A stretch of DNA of 53,427 nucleotides from Psammoneis japonica (lineage: Eukaryota), in contig QPGO01000129.1 of assembly GCA_008632985.1 (NCBI GenBank), positions 186,001-239,427 of the forward strand, given 5' to 3'. This document shows positions 1 to 12,063 of the stretch, one piece after another (the first letter of the stretch is position 1; every line of letters begins with the position of its first letter). Made by a program: the position numbers and the translations under genes. Below the pieces are notes generated by a model. That model saw only the letters and a program-made list of their open reading frames with translations, ran no database searches and had not been told where the DNA came from.

Positions 1-217
1 CAAGTCTACGCGCATTCGATACCAGGGCATCGGCAGGAAGTTAACGTCACCGTCAAGTCTCCTTACCGCTGGATATCTGGATTGATTACACTACCTTTGA
101 CCGCTGAAGACATACATTCAACGGTCATATCCAAGTCTATCCTTGATCCTCATCCCTTGATATACCTATTCATCGGTTAACGGTCAAGAACCCTACATAT
201 TCAAGGATCTTCGTCGC

Positions 218-247
218 TGAAGACATGTATATATATACATGTCTTCA
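218..247. repeat. Perfect 30-bp palindrome with (TA)5 core
   Basis: TGAAGACATG-TATATATATA-CATGTCTTCA equals its own reverse complement. Confidence 0.9.
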
Positions 248-823
248 CGGCCAAGAACCTGTACCCACTCTTCGGACTGCGGTTTTGCCACCACTCTGCA
301 GGCACACCGAGTCCATTGTACCTGATCTACCCCGGACTGCTGGTGCTCTACAGTTCTGCTGGGTCCACGAGGACGACTGTGAGAGCAAGTGGCCGTGATT
401 GCAGCCTGCGTTGGGGCGAGGGTGCTTTCCCACGTTTGTTCGTTCGTCCACAGCGCCTGACGCCTACGTCAACTGGCCAGCCTGATCGGGAAATCCAACC
501 GACATAAAATAAGAACGGTTCGGGGGTCTTGTCCACCTCCAGTCAGCTTGCCTGCAGGGGTTTACAACCCGCTGCTCCGCTCGCAAGCAACCCAAAGCGC
601 CACCAGCTTCGGGTTCGGACGTGCCGGCACAACTCTGCGGACCGGATGGGAAGTTTAGCACTTGACAACAAACGGGATGACAAAGCCCGGCGACTTCTGA
701 TTTTAAGACAGTTCAAGATTTCAAGTCAAGTCTGTTTCAAGTCAAGTCTGTTCTCACCCAAGTTTCGAGTCTACCTTCTCTTCCCAACCAGAATTGATTG
801 TCCTGACACCACTTTTGTCTGCC

Positions 824-3800
824 ATGGTTCTCACTCGTCAGCAACAAACCGATGGTTTCGAGCACGTGGTTGGAACCGTGCTTGCCCAAGGTGCTGGGAG
901 TCCTCTTCGTTTGGCTTTGGCCCAAGACGGCACGGACTCGCATCAGGAACTGTTCACGTTCATGCCGTCCCAAATCGACTCGCTTGAGTGCGACAACGGC
1001 ACTAATGCAATCCCTTTGCCCCGTGGTTATAAGAACATGTTAGCAGCACTGGTCAGTCTGTACATTGTCAAAGCACACAAAGGTCTTGACGTTGCCAACG
1101 ACTCCTCTTTGTTCACGCATGACGAGTTCCTTGCCTGCCGCCTCAGCCCCGACTGCATGTCTTCTGTGTCCATCGGCAGCTCACCCCTTGCACCTCCACA
1201 TGTCACCAACCCGACCAAGGCACGCGACCCGGTGCGGGACTTCAAGCGAGGCATCAAGCGTGATCCCACCGCTTTCACGGCTCTCAAATCCGACAAGCAG
1301 TGGCACACTTGGCACACCTCACTTGTGGCACAAGCCCGTGCCCAAGACGTCGAGTGCATTCTAGACTCGTCGTACAAACCGACCAGCCCCGAAGACAAAC
1401 TGCTCTTTGCTGAACAGCAAAAGCACATGTTCGCCGTCTTCGAACGCATCCTTCTCACCGACAAGGGCAAGGCTCTCATTCGCGAAAATGTGGGGTCTTC
1501 TGACGCACAGACCGTCTGCCGCTCCTTGTCTGAGTGCGCGCTTGCCTCCACCCGTGCATCTGTCGAGTCCTCCACCCTGCTCACGCACCTGACCACCGCT
1601 CGTCTTGGTGATGGCACTTGGAAAGGTCCGACCCACGGGTTCATCCTTCATTGGCAAGATCAGTTGCGCAAGTGCGAGGCACTCATCCCGGCCAGTGACC
1701 ACTTCTCTGAAGGACAGAAGCGCGTCATGCTCGAGAATGCCGTGCACCCTGTCGAGGAACTCCGTGCTGTCAAGAACCAAGCTGATCAGCATCGTGCGCA
1801 GAGTGGCAAGAGCCTCACATGCGATCAACACTGTGGCTTGCTCCTCTCCGCGGCAGCTCAGTGCGACAGCACGTTTCAACCCAAGACGACACCTCGAGCT
1901 CCCCGACGCGCCACACACGCACATGACGTCTGCTCCGAGGAACCGTCCGACGATGTGTTCTACGACATTGACAGCGACGTTGACGTCCTTCAGGCCAATG
2001 CTGCCCACACCCGTGGTCCCAGCCTCACCAGTGTCCAATGGAGACGTCTCCCTCCCGACCACCAACAGCTCTGGGATTCGTTGCCCGATTCCTCCAAGGC
2101 GATCATCCTTGAGCATTCTCGTCCACCTCCCCGCAACCCGCGAGCCAGTGACCACCATGAGTCTGTTACGGCCAACCTTCACGACCAACGCCTTGGGAGT
2201 GACGGTGATGTCAACTTGTCCAACACGACTCCTGCTGACTCTGGTGACTCCGCTCCACATGTGGACGCCACTTCGGACAATCCCATCCTGGCGCACCTCA
2301 CCAAGCGCAAGCCACTGCCACCCGGTGATCTGCAACGTCTGTTGTCTCCTAACCAAGCCCACAATGCCAGTCGACCGGGGCCATCCGCCGCTTCCTCTAC
2401 CCCGCCAGCTTCTGCAGATGACACAGAACTTAACGGCCGCACTCACCGCCGCGTTGACAACCACAATGTCATTCACTCTGCCTCTGCTCATCGCTCCACA
2501 TGCACTGGTGCTCCAGTCGATCGTGGGGCCAACGGCGGCATTGCTGGCGACGACGTTCGCGTCATTGCACGCACCTCTCGCCAAGTCGACGTTCAGGGCA
2601 TTGACGATCATCAATTGGTGGACATCCCCATTGTCACCGCTGGTGCCGTTGTTGAGACCCAGCGTGGTCCCGTCATCGCCATCCTCCATCAGTGCGCACA
2701 CACGGGAAAGGGCAAGACCATCCATTCCTGCGGCCAGCTCGAATGGTGCAAACAGGATGTCAACGATCGCTCTGTCAAGGTGCCCAACGGCTTGCAACGT
2801 ATTGCCACTCCTGATGGCTATGTCATCCCCATTGACATCAAGGCTGGCCTGCCTCATGTTGCCATGCGACCTTACACTGACGCCGAATGGGACACCCTGC
2901 CCCATGTCATCCTCACCGGTGATGACACATGGGACCCTTCCGTCCTCGATCACTCTGTCACTGACGACGACCAGTGGTGCGACGCGATCTCTGACCTGCA
3001 GGACGATCCCACTGCCAACCTGTTTGACGAATGCGGCAACTGCCGTCATCGTGTCGTTGTCAACGAGACCATCATGTCCGCTTCCTTGTCTGCCGATCAC
3101 GCGTCCGCCCTCGATGATCACCTCATTCCGAATGACGACGTGTTCTACGAGTGTCATCTGCATGCGATTGGCCCCCAGGGCGACGACGTTCCACCTCCGG
3201 AGCGCACTGTACAGCCCAAGGACCCCCCCTTCGAGTCTCTTCGGCCTCACTTTGGCTTCTTACCTGCCGATGCGGTCCATCGTACTTTTGACTGCACCAC
3301 GCAGTGCGCCCGCATGCCCGCCGGTGCACACCTTCGCAAGGCCTACAAATCACCCAACCCCGCCCTTGATGTGCACCGCCGCAACGAGCCCATCACCACT
3401 GACACCGTTTGTGCCGACACCCCGGCCGTCGACTCTGGTTGCACCAGCACCCAACTGTTTGTTGGCACCGAGTCTACCGTCACTGACGTCTGCGGCACTA
3501 AGACGGACAAAGAGTTTGTCAACACACTCGAGGATCAGATCCGTGAACGTGGTGCCCCATCCAAACTCATTAGCGACCGTGCTCAAGTTGAGATCAGCAA
3601 CAAAGTGCTCGGGATCCTACGCGCCCTCTTCATCTCTAGCTGGCAAAGTGAGCCTCACCAGCAACACCAAAACTTTGCCGAACATCGATGCCAGACCGTG
3701 AAGCGCATGGCGAACACTGTCATGGATCATTTTGGTTCGCCCGCCCACACATGGCTGCTGGCGCTCATGTGCGTGTGCTTCACACTCAACCATGCAGCGT

Positions 3801-6488
3801 CCCCACGTCTCCACTGGCGCACGCCCCTCGAGACTCTCACTGGCTCCACCCCGGACATCAGCCCGTTGCTTCGCTTTCATTGGTGGGAACCCGTGCACTT
3901 CCACCTCTTGTGACTCCGATTGGCCGTCCGAATCCCGTGAGTTGCGTGGACGCTTCGTTGGCATTGCTGAGCACGTCGGCCACCAGATGACCTTCAAGAT
4001 TCTATCTGAAGAGACTCAGAAGATCCTCTGCCGGTCCAACGTCCGCTCCGCTGCCCCCGATCCTGTCGTTCGAAACCTGCGTCTTGATCCTCCTGATGGG
4101 GAGCCACCTGAACCCATCATCAAATCTCGCCATGACGACAACCCCGTCGACTCTCCTGATGGGGAGATCAGGACACCCAAGATGCCAGTTTTCGATCCGC
4201 AAGACATCATTGGACGTGCCTTCCTCATGCAGCCACAAGAGGACGGACAACGCCACAGAGCTCGCATCGTCAAGGCCGTCGAAGACCACGAATGGAAAGT
4301 GAATGGCAATCCCGAGCTCACTAAGTTCGTCTGCTCTGTCAACAATGACGAATGCGAGGAAGTCCTTGCCTGCAATGACATCATGAATCACATTGAGCAA
4401 GAAGACGAAGATGCCACTGTTTGGAAATTTCGACGCATCGTGTCGCACGAAGGACCTCTGAAGCCTCACGACCCAACCTGGAAAGGCTCCAGCTACAACA
4501 TCATGCTTGAATGGGAAAGTGGGGAGATCACGTCCGAGCCTCTTGCCATCATCGCCAAGGACGACCCCGTCACCTGTGCCATCCATGCACGAGAGAACGG
4601 ACTCCTCGACACGGATGGCTGGAAGCGGTTCCGCACCATCGCGAGGCGCCAAAAGAAGCTGTTTCGCATGGCCAACCAAGCCAAGCTTCGCTCCTTCCGC
4701 ACTGCACCTCGCTACAAGCATGGACACGAAGTTCCCCGGAACTACAAACACGCCATGTCACTAGACGAACGCAACGGCAACCGCAAGTGGGGAGACGCAA
4801 CTAATCTCGAGATGGACCAACTCGACGAATACAAAGTCTTCCATGACTGCGGGCCCTTCAAGTCTTCCACTCCTCCTGCGGGACACAAGAAGATCCAGTG
4901 CACCCAGGACGACGTGAAACACGACGGTCGCCACAAGGCACGACTCGTAGCCGACGGGCACCTCACGGACGTGCCTGTTGACAGTGTCTGCTCCGGAGCA
5001 GTCTCCCTCCGTGGCCTTCGGCTGATGATTTTCCTGGCCGAACTCAACGAGTTGGAGACATGGGCCACCGACATTGGCAATGCCCACCTTGAAGCCACCA
5101 CCAAGGAGAAGCTTTACATTGTAGCTGGACCCGAGTTCGGCAAACTCGAAGGACACATCCTTGTCATCCACAAGGCACTGCATGGACTGCGCAGCTCCGG
5201 TCTCCGCTGGCACGAGCGCTTCGCCGACTGCCTGCGAGCTGAAGGCTTCTTCCCCTGCCGCGCCGAACCCGACATTTGGATGCGCAGGAACGGCGACCAC
5301 TGTGAATGCATTGCCGTTTGTGTGGATGACCTCGCCATTGCCATGAAGGACCCTCAATCTTTCGTCGACACTCTCACGGAAAATCACAAGTTCAAGCTCA
5401 AGGGCGGGACCCATTGAGTTCCATCTGGGTTGCGACTTTTCCCGGGAACCCGACGGAACCTTGTGCCTGTCTCCGCGCAAGTACATCGAGCGCATGGTCG
5501 ACAGCTGTGCCCGACTGTTTGGGGAGAAACCTGCCACCAACGCCCTGTCACCTCTAGAGAAGGGTGACCACCCCGAACTGGACACTTCCGAACTGCTGGG
5601 ACCCGATGGCATTCACAAGTTCCAGTCTCTTGTTGGTTCACTCCAATGGGCAGTGTCCCTTGGTCGAATTGACATTACCACGGCTGTCATGTCACTCTCT
5701 AGCTTCCGAGCTGCGCCCGTCAAGGCCACTTGGACCGTGCCAAACGCGTCTGTGGGTGCCTCTCCGAAATGCGACACGGTGCTCTCCACGTTCGCACGGA
5801 AGAGCCCGGCTGTTCGGATCTCCCTGCTCCGGCCTGTGAATGGATGCATTCCGTGTATGGTGAAGCAGAAGAGATGATCCTGAAGGACGCTCCACCGCCC
5901 CTTGGCAAGTTCGTCACTGCCACCCACTACGTCGATGCAAACTTGTGCCATTGCATGCTCACCGGACGCTCTGTCATGGGAATGCTCCACTTCCTCAACA
6001 AATTCCCGGCTGATTGGTTCTCTAAGAAACAAGCCACCGTGGAGACTGCGACCTGCGGGTCTGAATTTGTTGCCGCAAGGACTTGTGTTGAGCAGATTGT
6101 CGACCTGCGCATCACCCTGCGCCACCTTGGCGTCCCGATCCGTAACGTTAGTTACATGTTCGGTGACAACAAGTCGGTTGTAGACAGTGCCACCATCCCA
6201 CACTCCAAGTTACACAAGCGACACACCGCACTGTCGTTCCACCGTGTGCGTGAGGCAATTGCCTCTGGTTGCCTTGAGTTCCACTTCATCGAAGGCTCCC
6301 GCAACCCTGCTGACATTCTCAGCAAGCATTGCGGTTGCTCCCAAATCTGGGACCTTCTCCGCCCCCTCATGTTCTGGAACTTCATTCCATCCGAAGTCGA
6401 ATCTGTTTCTGTGGCTCCTCAAGCAAACTGGGGAGTGACAGGATTTGAACAGGATTTAGGTGCGCGCGAAGTGTCGTGCGCTGTTTAG
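824..6488 (+). mobile_element. Ty1/Copia (CoDi-type) LTR retrotransposon gag-pol, decayed
   Basis: Order gag (FKRGIKRD...)-protease-like (VDRGANGG)-integrase (TDTV/SDRAQ/NFAE)-RT (KARLVADG, DIGNA[H]L, KAL[H]GLRSSG, V[C]VDD)-RNase H (WFSKKQATVET, GDNKSV, NPADILSK). ATG at 824. Frameshifts near 3905, 5410 and 5718. Confidence 0.95.
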
Positions 6489-6701
6489 TTTGCCGTGCAC
6501 AGTTTTGTGTGCTTTAGTTCCGCGCGTTCACGCGCGATGTAGTTTGCTTTCGAGCCACAAGGCTCACAAGAATAACAACAGTAGCCCGATCATACCGACT
6601 TGCACGTCTTTCGGCTCCTGCAACGGTCTCTGAGCGGAGACTCATCTGCTGTTTAGACAGCAGCAAGGAGTTGTTGTTTGAATTCTTGCCATTTGCCTTC
6701 A
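6430..6701 (+). repeat. Polypurine tract followed by probable 3' LTR of the Copia element
   Basis: GGGGAG directly followed by TGACAGG at 6436, the usual PPT|TG junction. The right end (...TTCA near 6701) is a guess, and no matching 5' LTR is visible in the window. Confidence 0.55.
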
Positions 6702-6797
6702 TTTCCTGTCATCCAGCAAATTAGCAGGTGCCTGCACAGTCACCTGAGTGCAGAAAGTCAGCAAATTTACACAAATTTAGCAAGTTATTTTGTGCTG

Positions 6798-7991
6798 TCA
6801 CAGTCGCCTGAGAATGGTCTCTTCCTCTAGAGAAAGGGGGACTGAATTGTCATTCTTGCCCACTGCAGCACTCTTCAGGCAGAGAGACACGCAGAAGAAC
6901 TCGTCGTTTGAGTTTGTCCTGCTGGAGATGCAGCGGCACTTGGTGGGGTTAAAAATGATGACATCACCAAGCCAGAGTGCAACGGAGATGCCTTCGGTGG
7001 GGAAGCAGAAGTGCGCCACAATCCCGTCATTCATGGTGTGGCTGCCGGACGGAGGGACTCCCACCATGGTGACTGCTGACAGGAAGAAGTCCTGGTCCCG
7101 ATGGGCGTTGAGGAAGACATTGCACCCAGCCGCCAGAGAGGAGAAAATGCCATCTGACCGCACCAGGGATTTCCAGTTGTGAAACTTTTTGACACGAGCG
7201 ATGCCCTCAAGGATGGCACAGTCCACGCACTCATTGACAAGGTGCTCCATGCGTGAAAGAAGTCTGGTGAGGTGGTGAGTGTGTTGGTCGGCCATGCCAG
7301 GCTGCTTGCAAGAAATTCGAGCGTCTCTCGTGGCAGCCAGGCCAATCGTGGAATGCTTGCTCCTGTCCATCTCCATGAAGGTAACGCGTTGTTTGCTGCG
7401 CACGGTGGACTGGGCGGTGCAGCATTCTAGTGCTTTGAGCGCTCGGTGCTGAGCAACTAGTTCTGCTGGGTTGGGGGAGCTGAACACCACAGCAGAGCAC
7501 GGCAGCAGGGTGCAGGTGTTGTCGCAGCGGCAACCGTCCAAGCCAAAGAAAGGCTTCAGATCGAGCACAGGGTCACAGATGACCAGAGGAGCCAATTCGG
7601 CAAAGTCAATGTCAGCAAGACAACGTGGTGCAGGCTGAGTGTAGTCGCCGTTGCAAACTAGAGTGCGGTTGGCTACGCAGTGCATGGAGAGACTCTCAGT
7701 GGCGCACGGTGCAAGTGGAACGAGGCGAGCAATCTTGGATGTTTTCCTGCTGGCGCGGCTGCGGATTCGCCTGCGGCTGCGGCGGGCCTTGCGAAGTGGC
7801 GGTTGAGCCCTCAACACGTTCTCACACATCCTGGTGCGCATTGACGATGCGGTGTTCGCAGAGAACGTGTGTGCGAACTTGCCGGTGAATGTTCCGCTGC
7901 TTGACACTGTCACTGTCGTCTTGGCAGTGCCCAAAGCAGAGCTCTGTCGACAGGGACCGGCGGACTCCAGGGGAGTGGGGTCAAAACCCAA
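6798..7991 (-). pseudogene. TET/JBP-like 2-oxoglutarate/Fe(II) dioxygenase domain, mutated
   Basis: IFSSLAAG[C]NVFLNAHRDQDF (HxD at 7095-7103), FCFPTEGISVALxxGDVIIFNP, K[CR]C where YHC is expected, and CVSL[C]LK. Motif order and spacing match the TET/JBP double-stranded beta-helix core. Confidence 0.6.
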
Positions 7992-8093
7992 TCAAGAGAT
8001 GTGTCTGCTTTCCGTTGCCTCAAGAGCACCCAAAGCAAAACTCTGTTGACAGGGACCGGCGGACTCCAGGGGAGTGGGGTCAAAACCCAATCG
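7932..8093. repeat. Tandem duplication with 99-bp period and ~62-bp near-identical core
   Basis: CAAAGCA.A.CTCTGT.GACAGGGACCGGCGGACTCCAGGGGAGTGGGGTCAAAACCCAATC starts at 7932 and again at 8031. Confidence 0.9.
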
Positions 8094-8678
8094 CGAGAAG
8101 TGTTTGCTTGTTGTCAGGCTGCGAGCTGCACGTCCCAAACCCCCACACTGTCGAGACCGGCTGCAACTCGATCGCGACAAGTGCTTGTCGTTGGTGGGAT
8201 GACGCAGCGAGGCACGAGGCAGTTGCGACATGGTGTGTCTCAATTTGAAATGTGTTTCAAAGTGCAACGACGGAAGTGTTGTCGCGTTGTTTTTGTCTCC
8301 GCGGAGGGAGGATCATCCCACGGCAATCTCAGTGCGAGTTCTCGCGTGGAAGTGCATCACGTGCCATGCCAGCTTGTGCGTTTGAATTGCACGGATGTGC
8401 AAGTGCGGCAACGATGAGAAGCAGGCCGAGATTCAAAACAAATTTTATCGCCTGAAGGCGTCTTGTTGTTTCAACGCGTCTGCATGTCTGTTTAAAATGA
8501 CTTCATGCATCGATCCACACGCAGGTAGAGGCAGCACGCCGCGTTTGAAAATTTCGCGCGCATGGAGGGCGCGATGGTAATTTTGCACATTCTGCGCACG
8601 TCACAGTTTGGTTTGGAAACGCAACGTCTGGTCGAACCCGCTGCAAGCAAGGTTGATGTTGCCACAAGGTTGGATGCG

Positions 8679-9540
8679 ATGAACCATCATTGCAGAAGTG
8701 TCAGGGAGTTTCATCTTCAAACGGCTCCGGACTCCACGTTCCAGAGCAGGCGTGTCTCCGGAGACGGAAGCGGATCTTCGCACGGCGGCGAAGTTGGCTT
8801 CGCTTTGAGCAGCGAAGTGTTTTTGAACAAACGGCGTGAATCACACCTGCGATGCATCTGTCGACATGGGCAGGGGAGTTGCCGGACCCAGCATCGGGCT
8901 CAAGTTACTTCGTCGCCGTTGCACCGTGGTGAGCATCGAGGCCGACCACGATCGTCACCAAGAGGCTGCATGTTGGGCTCATCGTGCTGGCCTTCGCTCG
9001 AACGGCGGGTTGGAGTTAATCAACAAGTCATTCTTGGACGAGAGGCTGGCTCCTTTGTGGAAAAAGAAAGGACTCAAGGTGTTCTTCAACAACTGCAACT
9101 CCCGCATGGTCGACGACAAGAACACACAGCAGAAGGCAGAGGCGATGCTTTCGAAGTTGTGTCGTGCTGGGACCGTGGTGGTGGCGCTAGATCCGCTGTT
9201 CGCGTCGCACGCGGGAGAGTGGATGTGCGAGTCCTTCACGGCGGATCACCATGATGGCGACTTTTTGTGGCACAGCGGAGACGTGAAACATCTCGTCTTC
9301 CACAAGCACACCAAGAAAGAGGAGACTTCTCAGTCAACCAGCCAGCACATGCGACGTCCCACTCCGACACACTTGGAATGGAAGTGTTTGCCCGTCGCGA
9401 AACAGCCAATTTTACTTAAGAACTCAACTGAACTGTTTTTTCACTGTCACTGTGCCAGATGTCACACGCTAGTTGCTCTGCTCAATTCGCCATTGCTTCG
9501 CGGTGACAACAAGTTGTCGTCGGAGATGGTGCATGCTTGA
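8679..9540 (+). pseudogene. DOT1-like class I SAM-dependent methyltransferase, frameshifted
   Basis: S[H]GGEV (YGE-like), then after a frameshift near 8830: VDMGRGVA (motif I), VVSIEAD (motif II), ELINKSFLD, VFFNN (DOT1 FVNN signature) and GTVVVALDPLF (compare PGxRIVSLKP). Confidence 0.6.
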
Positions 9541-9631
9541 AGAGACAGAGGAAAGCTGAGTTGTGATCGACACTTGGTTTGCTGAACATTTGCAAATTTG
9601 CACTGCACCGGCAAAAAAAAAAAAAAACAAC

Positions 9632-10501
9632 TCAGTCTTCGTCGCTGTCCTGAAGCACCAAGTCGTCATCGACGTTCAGGTCAACTTCGCAGTTGAGCTT
9701 GACATCATCGTCGGCCTCTTCTCCAGCTTCTTCTGCCGGAGCTCCAATGAGACGACAGAGTTCCACAGGCAACGACCCCTCGTAGAAGCAACTGTGAAGC
9801 AAGTTCTTGTTTTGGGTGCACCAACCGATGTGAAACTGACCACCTTCCTTCTGAAGCTCGGCAAGCGCCGCCTCGTTGCTGATCACTTCGGACCAAACAG
9901 CATCCTTCATCCAGAAGAAGTCGTCTTCAATGAAGACCTCGGTGTTGTTCTCAGGGTCATCGTTGAGCTGCTTCGCAATGTGCTTCCCGAGGCCGCGCAC
10001 TTTAGCATCGGTTGGGACTTCTTCGAGGAAGATGAAGAAGAGATGCACGGCGCAGTTCTTGGCGTTCGTCTGCAACTCGCCTTCGTGAACCCACCTGCCA
10101 GCGCAAGGGTGGAATCTGACTTGAACCGCCCACGGAGTCCTGATGCGAAGGTCATCAAACAGAACCTTCTCCAACCAAACATTGGCCAAAAGGGGATTCT
10201 TGGCTTGGAGACGAAAAACAACGCCTTTCTTGCGGCCGACAGTGACGGTGGTGCAGCGCAGGAGGGCGTCCTCATCGGAATGGCTGCCATCATCAGAACC
10301 GGCGGATTTGGAAAGCTTGAACCCGTGCTTGGCAAGGCAGTCTTCCGGTTCAAGGTCGTCGTCGGTCAAGCCGTTGGTCTTGCGGGGCGGACTTAGTTTC
10401 TTCAACAGAGCATCAGAAAACTTTGTCTTTGCCTTCTTCTGTTTGGTTTCGGCGACTTTGGCTTTCGCAGCCGGGGAGGTCGTTGTGTTTCTTTTGCATG
10501 C
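9632..10501 (-). CDS. Unknown transposon-associated protein with Lys-rich N-terminus and acidic C-terminus
   Basis: Protein-like frame (MA[C]KRNTTTSPAAKAK...DDDLVLQDSDED) with the same TpA depletion as its neighbours. No family recognised. Confidence 0.45.
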   Translation of the reverse strand, partial: ACKRNTTTSPAAKAKVAETKQKKAKTKFSDALLKKLSPPRKTNGLTDDDLEPEDCLAKHGFKLSKSAGSDDGSHSDEDALLRCTTVTVGRKKGVVFRLQAKNPLLANVWLEKVLFDDLRIRTPWAVQVRFHPCAGRWVHEGELQTNAKNCAVHLFFIFLEEVPTDAKVRGLGKHIAKQLNDDPENNTEVFIEDDFFWMKDAVWSEVISNEAALAELQKEGGQFHIGWCTQNKNLLHSCFYEGSLPVELCRLIGAPAEEAGEEADDDVKLNCEVDLNVDDDLVLQDSDED

Positions 10502-11038
10502 CATTGAATCAGTTGGAGAGAAATTGTGGGAACAAAAAGTGCGATCGTCCAGAAGTGCCAAGAAAGACCCAGTGGAGCTGCGTGCGTCATGCCAAGGAGA
10601 ACTGGCAACGTCAGCAACTAGATCCAAACACGTCGAACTGCAACAAGGTGACCTTCCAGGTGTCAGCACTTGCAAGTGGTGCATGGATTCAATTTGAACA
10701 AAACAGATGCAAGGATCGGAGCACGCAAAGTTGCACTGAGTTTGCTGAAAATGCACAAAATCACATGCAGTTCCGTCCGTGCTTTGTGTGCATTTCAGCC
10801 ATTGCCGCCGCGCGGCCATCGCGCGCGAAATCTAGTCGCCAAACGGTCGACGCCATCGCTGTCACTGCTGTGCCGGCAGTTAGCTGAGGTGGGCCCATCA
10901 CCCATTTGGAGGATTCGCGCGCACTTTGGAAACACGAATGACATCAATCGCACCGTCATTGCCACATGACTGCCCCGCCACTCGTTGAAGCGTGATTCTA
11001 CGGAATTTGCGCAAAGCTGCGCCCGCCACCAAGATTGC

Positions 11039-11145
11039 CGAAACAACTTGAACAAGATCCGAATCTTGCCCCATGGAATGTTCAGAGCAGATGGTCGAAA
11101 CAACTTGAACAAGATCCAAATCTTGTCCCATGGGATGTTCAACAT
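11039..11145. repeat. 57-bp tandem duplication
   Basis: CGAAACAACTTGAACAAGATCC starts at 11039 and 11096. Confidence 0.85.
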
Positions 11146-11296
11146 CGACGAAACTAAGTGGGATGTCGTGTGTCTGGTGCGAAGAAGGACGTGGGAGGAA
11201 CGCACACGTCACTCTTCTGTCGAGGTGAAAGAGGCACACTATCGTCTCACTTTTTTGTGACAGAACCTTTGCGCAAAGGGAGACGAAAAGCATCCA

Positions 11297-11990
11297 ACTG
11301 CGGTGATTGGGCCACACCGATTGCAGTTCTCAGTTCTCACAGTGACCTGGCAATGCAGGTTGTGAGACAACGCACAAGCTCAGCTGCAGTGACTGGACGA
11401 CACCAGTCGCAGCTCTCACAGAGACCTGATCGCACAGGTTGTGAGAACATGACACAACGCTGTGGTGATTGGATGGCACCGACGCAGTTCGTCAAGCAAC
11501 CAATTCACTTGGCTGCGGTGACTGGACAACACCAGTCGCAGCTCTCACAGCAACCTGATTGCACAGGTTGTGAGTGAACAACACAGCGCTGCACCTCGTA
11601 ACGCAGGTTGTGAGATGACGCACAAGCTCAGCTGCAGTGACTGGACGACACCAGTCGCAGCTCTCACAGAGACCTGATCGCACAGGTTGTGAGAACACGA
11701 CACAACGCTGCGGTGATCGGGCAGCACCGACGCAGTTGGTCAAGCAACTGATTGACTCGGCTGCAGTGACTGGACAGCACCAGTCGCAGTGCTCACAGCG
11801 ACCTGATTGCACAGGTTGTGAGAAGATGACACAGCGCTGCGGTGAGCGGACAGCACCGACGCGGTTCGTTGATCAACTGGACAGAACCACTGCAGTGACT
11901 GGACGACACCAGTCGCAGTGCCACAGGTGGTGAGAAAACACACATCGCTGTGGTGATTGGACAGCACCGATTGCAGCTTCACGGTGATCG
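11297..11990 (+). repeat. ~5 copies of a 129-bp tandem repeat upstream of the Helitron Rep
   Basis: GC[A/G]GTGACTGGAC..CACCAGTCGCAG recurs at 11386, 11515, 11634, 11763 and 11892 (spacings 129, 119, 129, 129). Confidence 0.9.
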
Positions 11991-12063
11991 CACTGAAAAA
12001 ACAACTGTTTTTGCTGAGCAACTTCTTGAAATTTGTTGAGTTGGAGCACCAGCTCAAATTAAG

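Noticed and set aside
505..530. Primer-binding site of the Copia element
   Set aside because: It has no TGG start or recognisable tRNA complement, and the upstream sequence does not match the putative 3' LTR.
1361..3701. 629-aa antisense and 698-aa alternate-frame ORFs as real genes
   Set aside because: They are shadows of Copia gag-pol, kept open by high GC and loss of TA-containing stops, and show no domain motifs.
9563..10396. 277-aa plus-strand ORF
   Set aside because: It is the antisense shadow of the more protein-like minus-strand ORF.
11297..11990. CRISPR-like array
   Set aside because: Whole units are homologous with no unique spacers, the context is eukaryotic and there are no cas genes.
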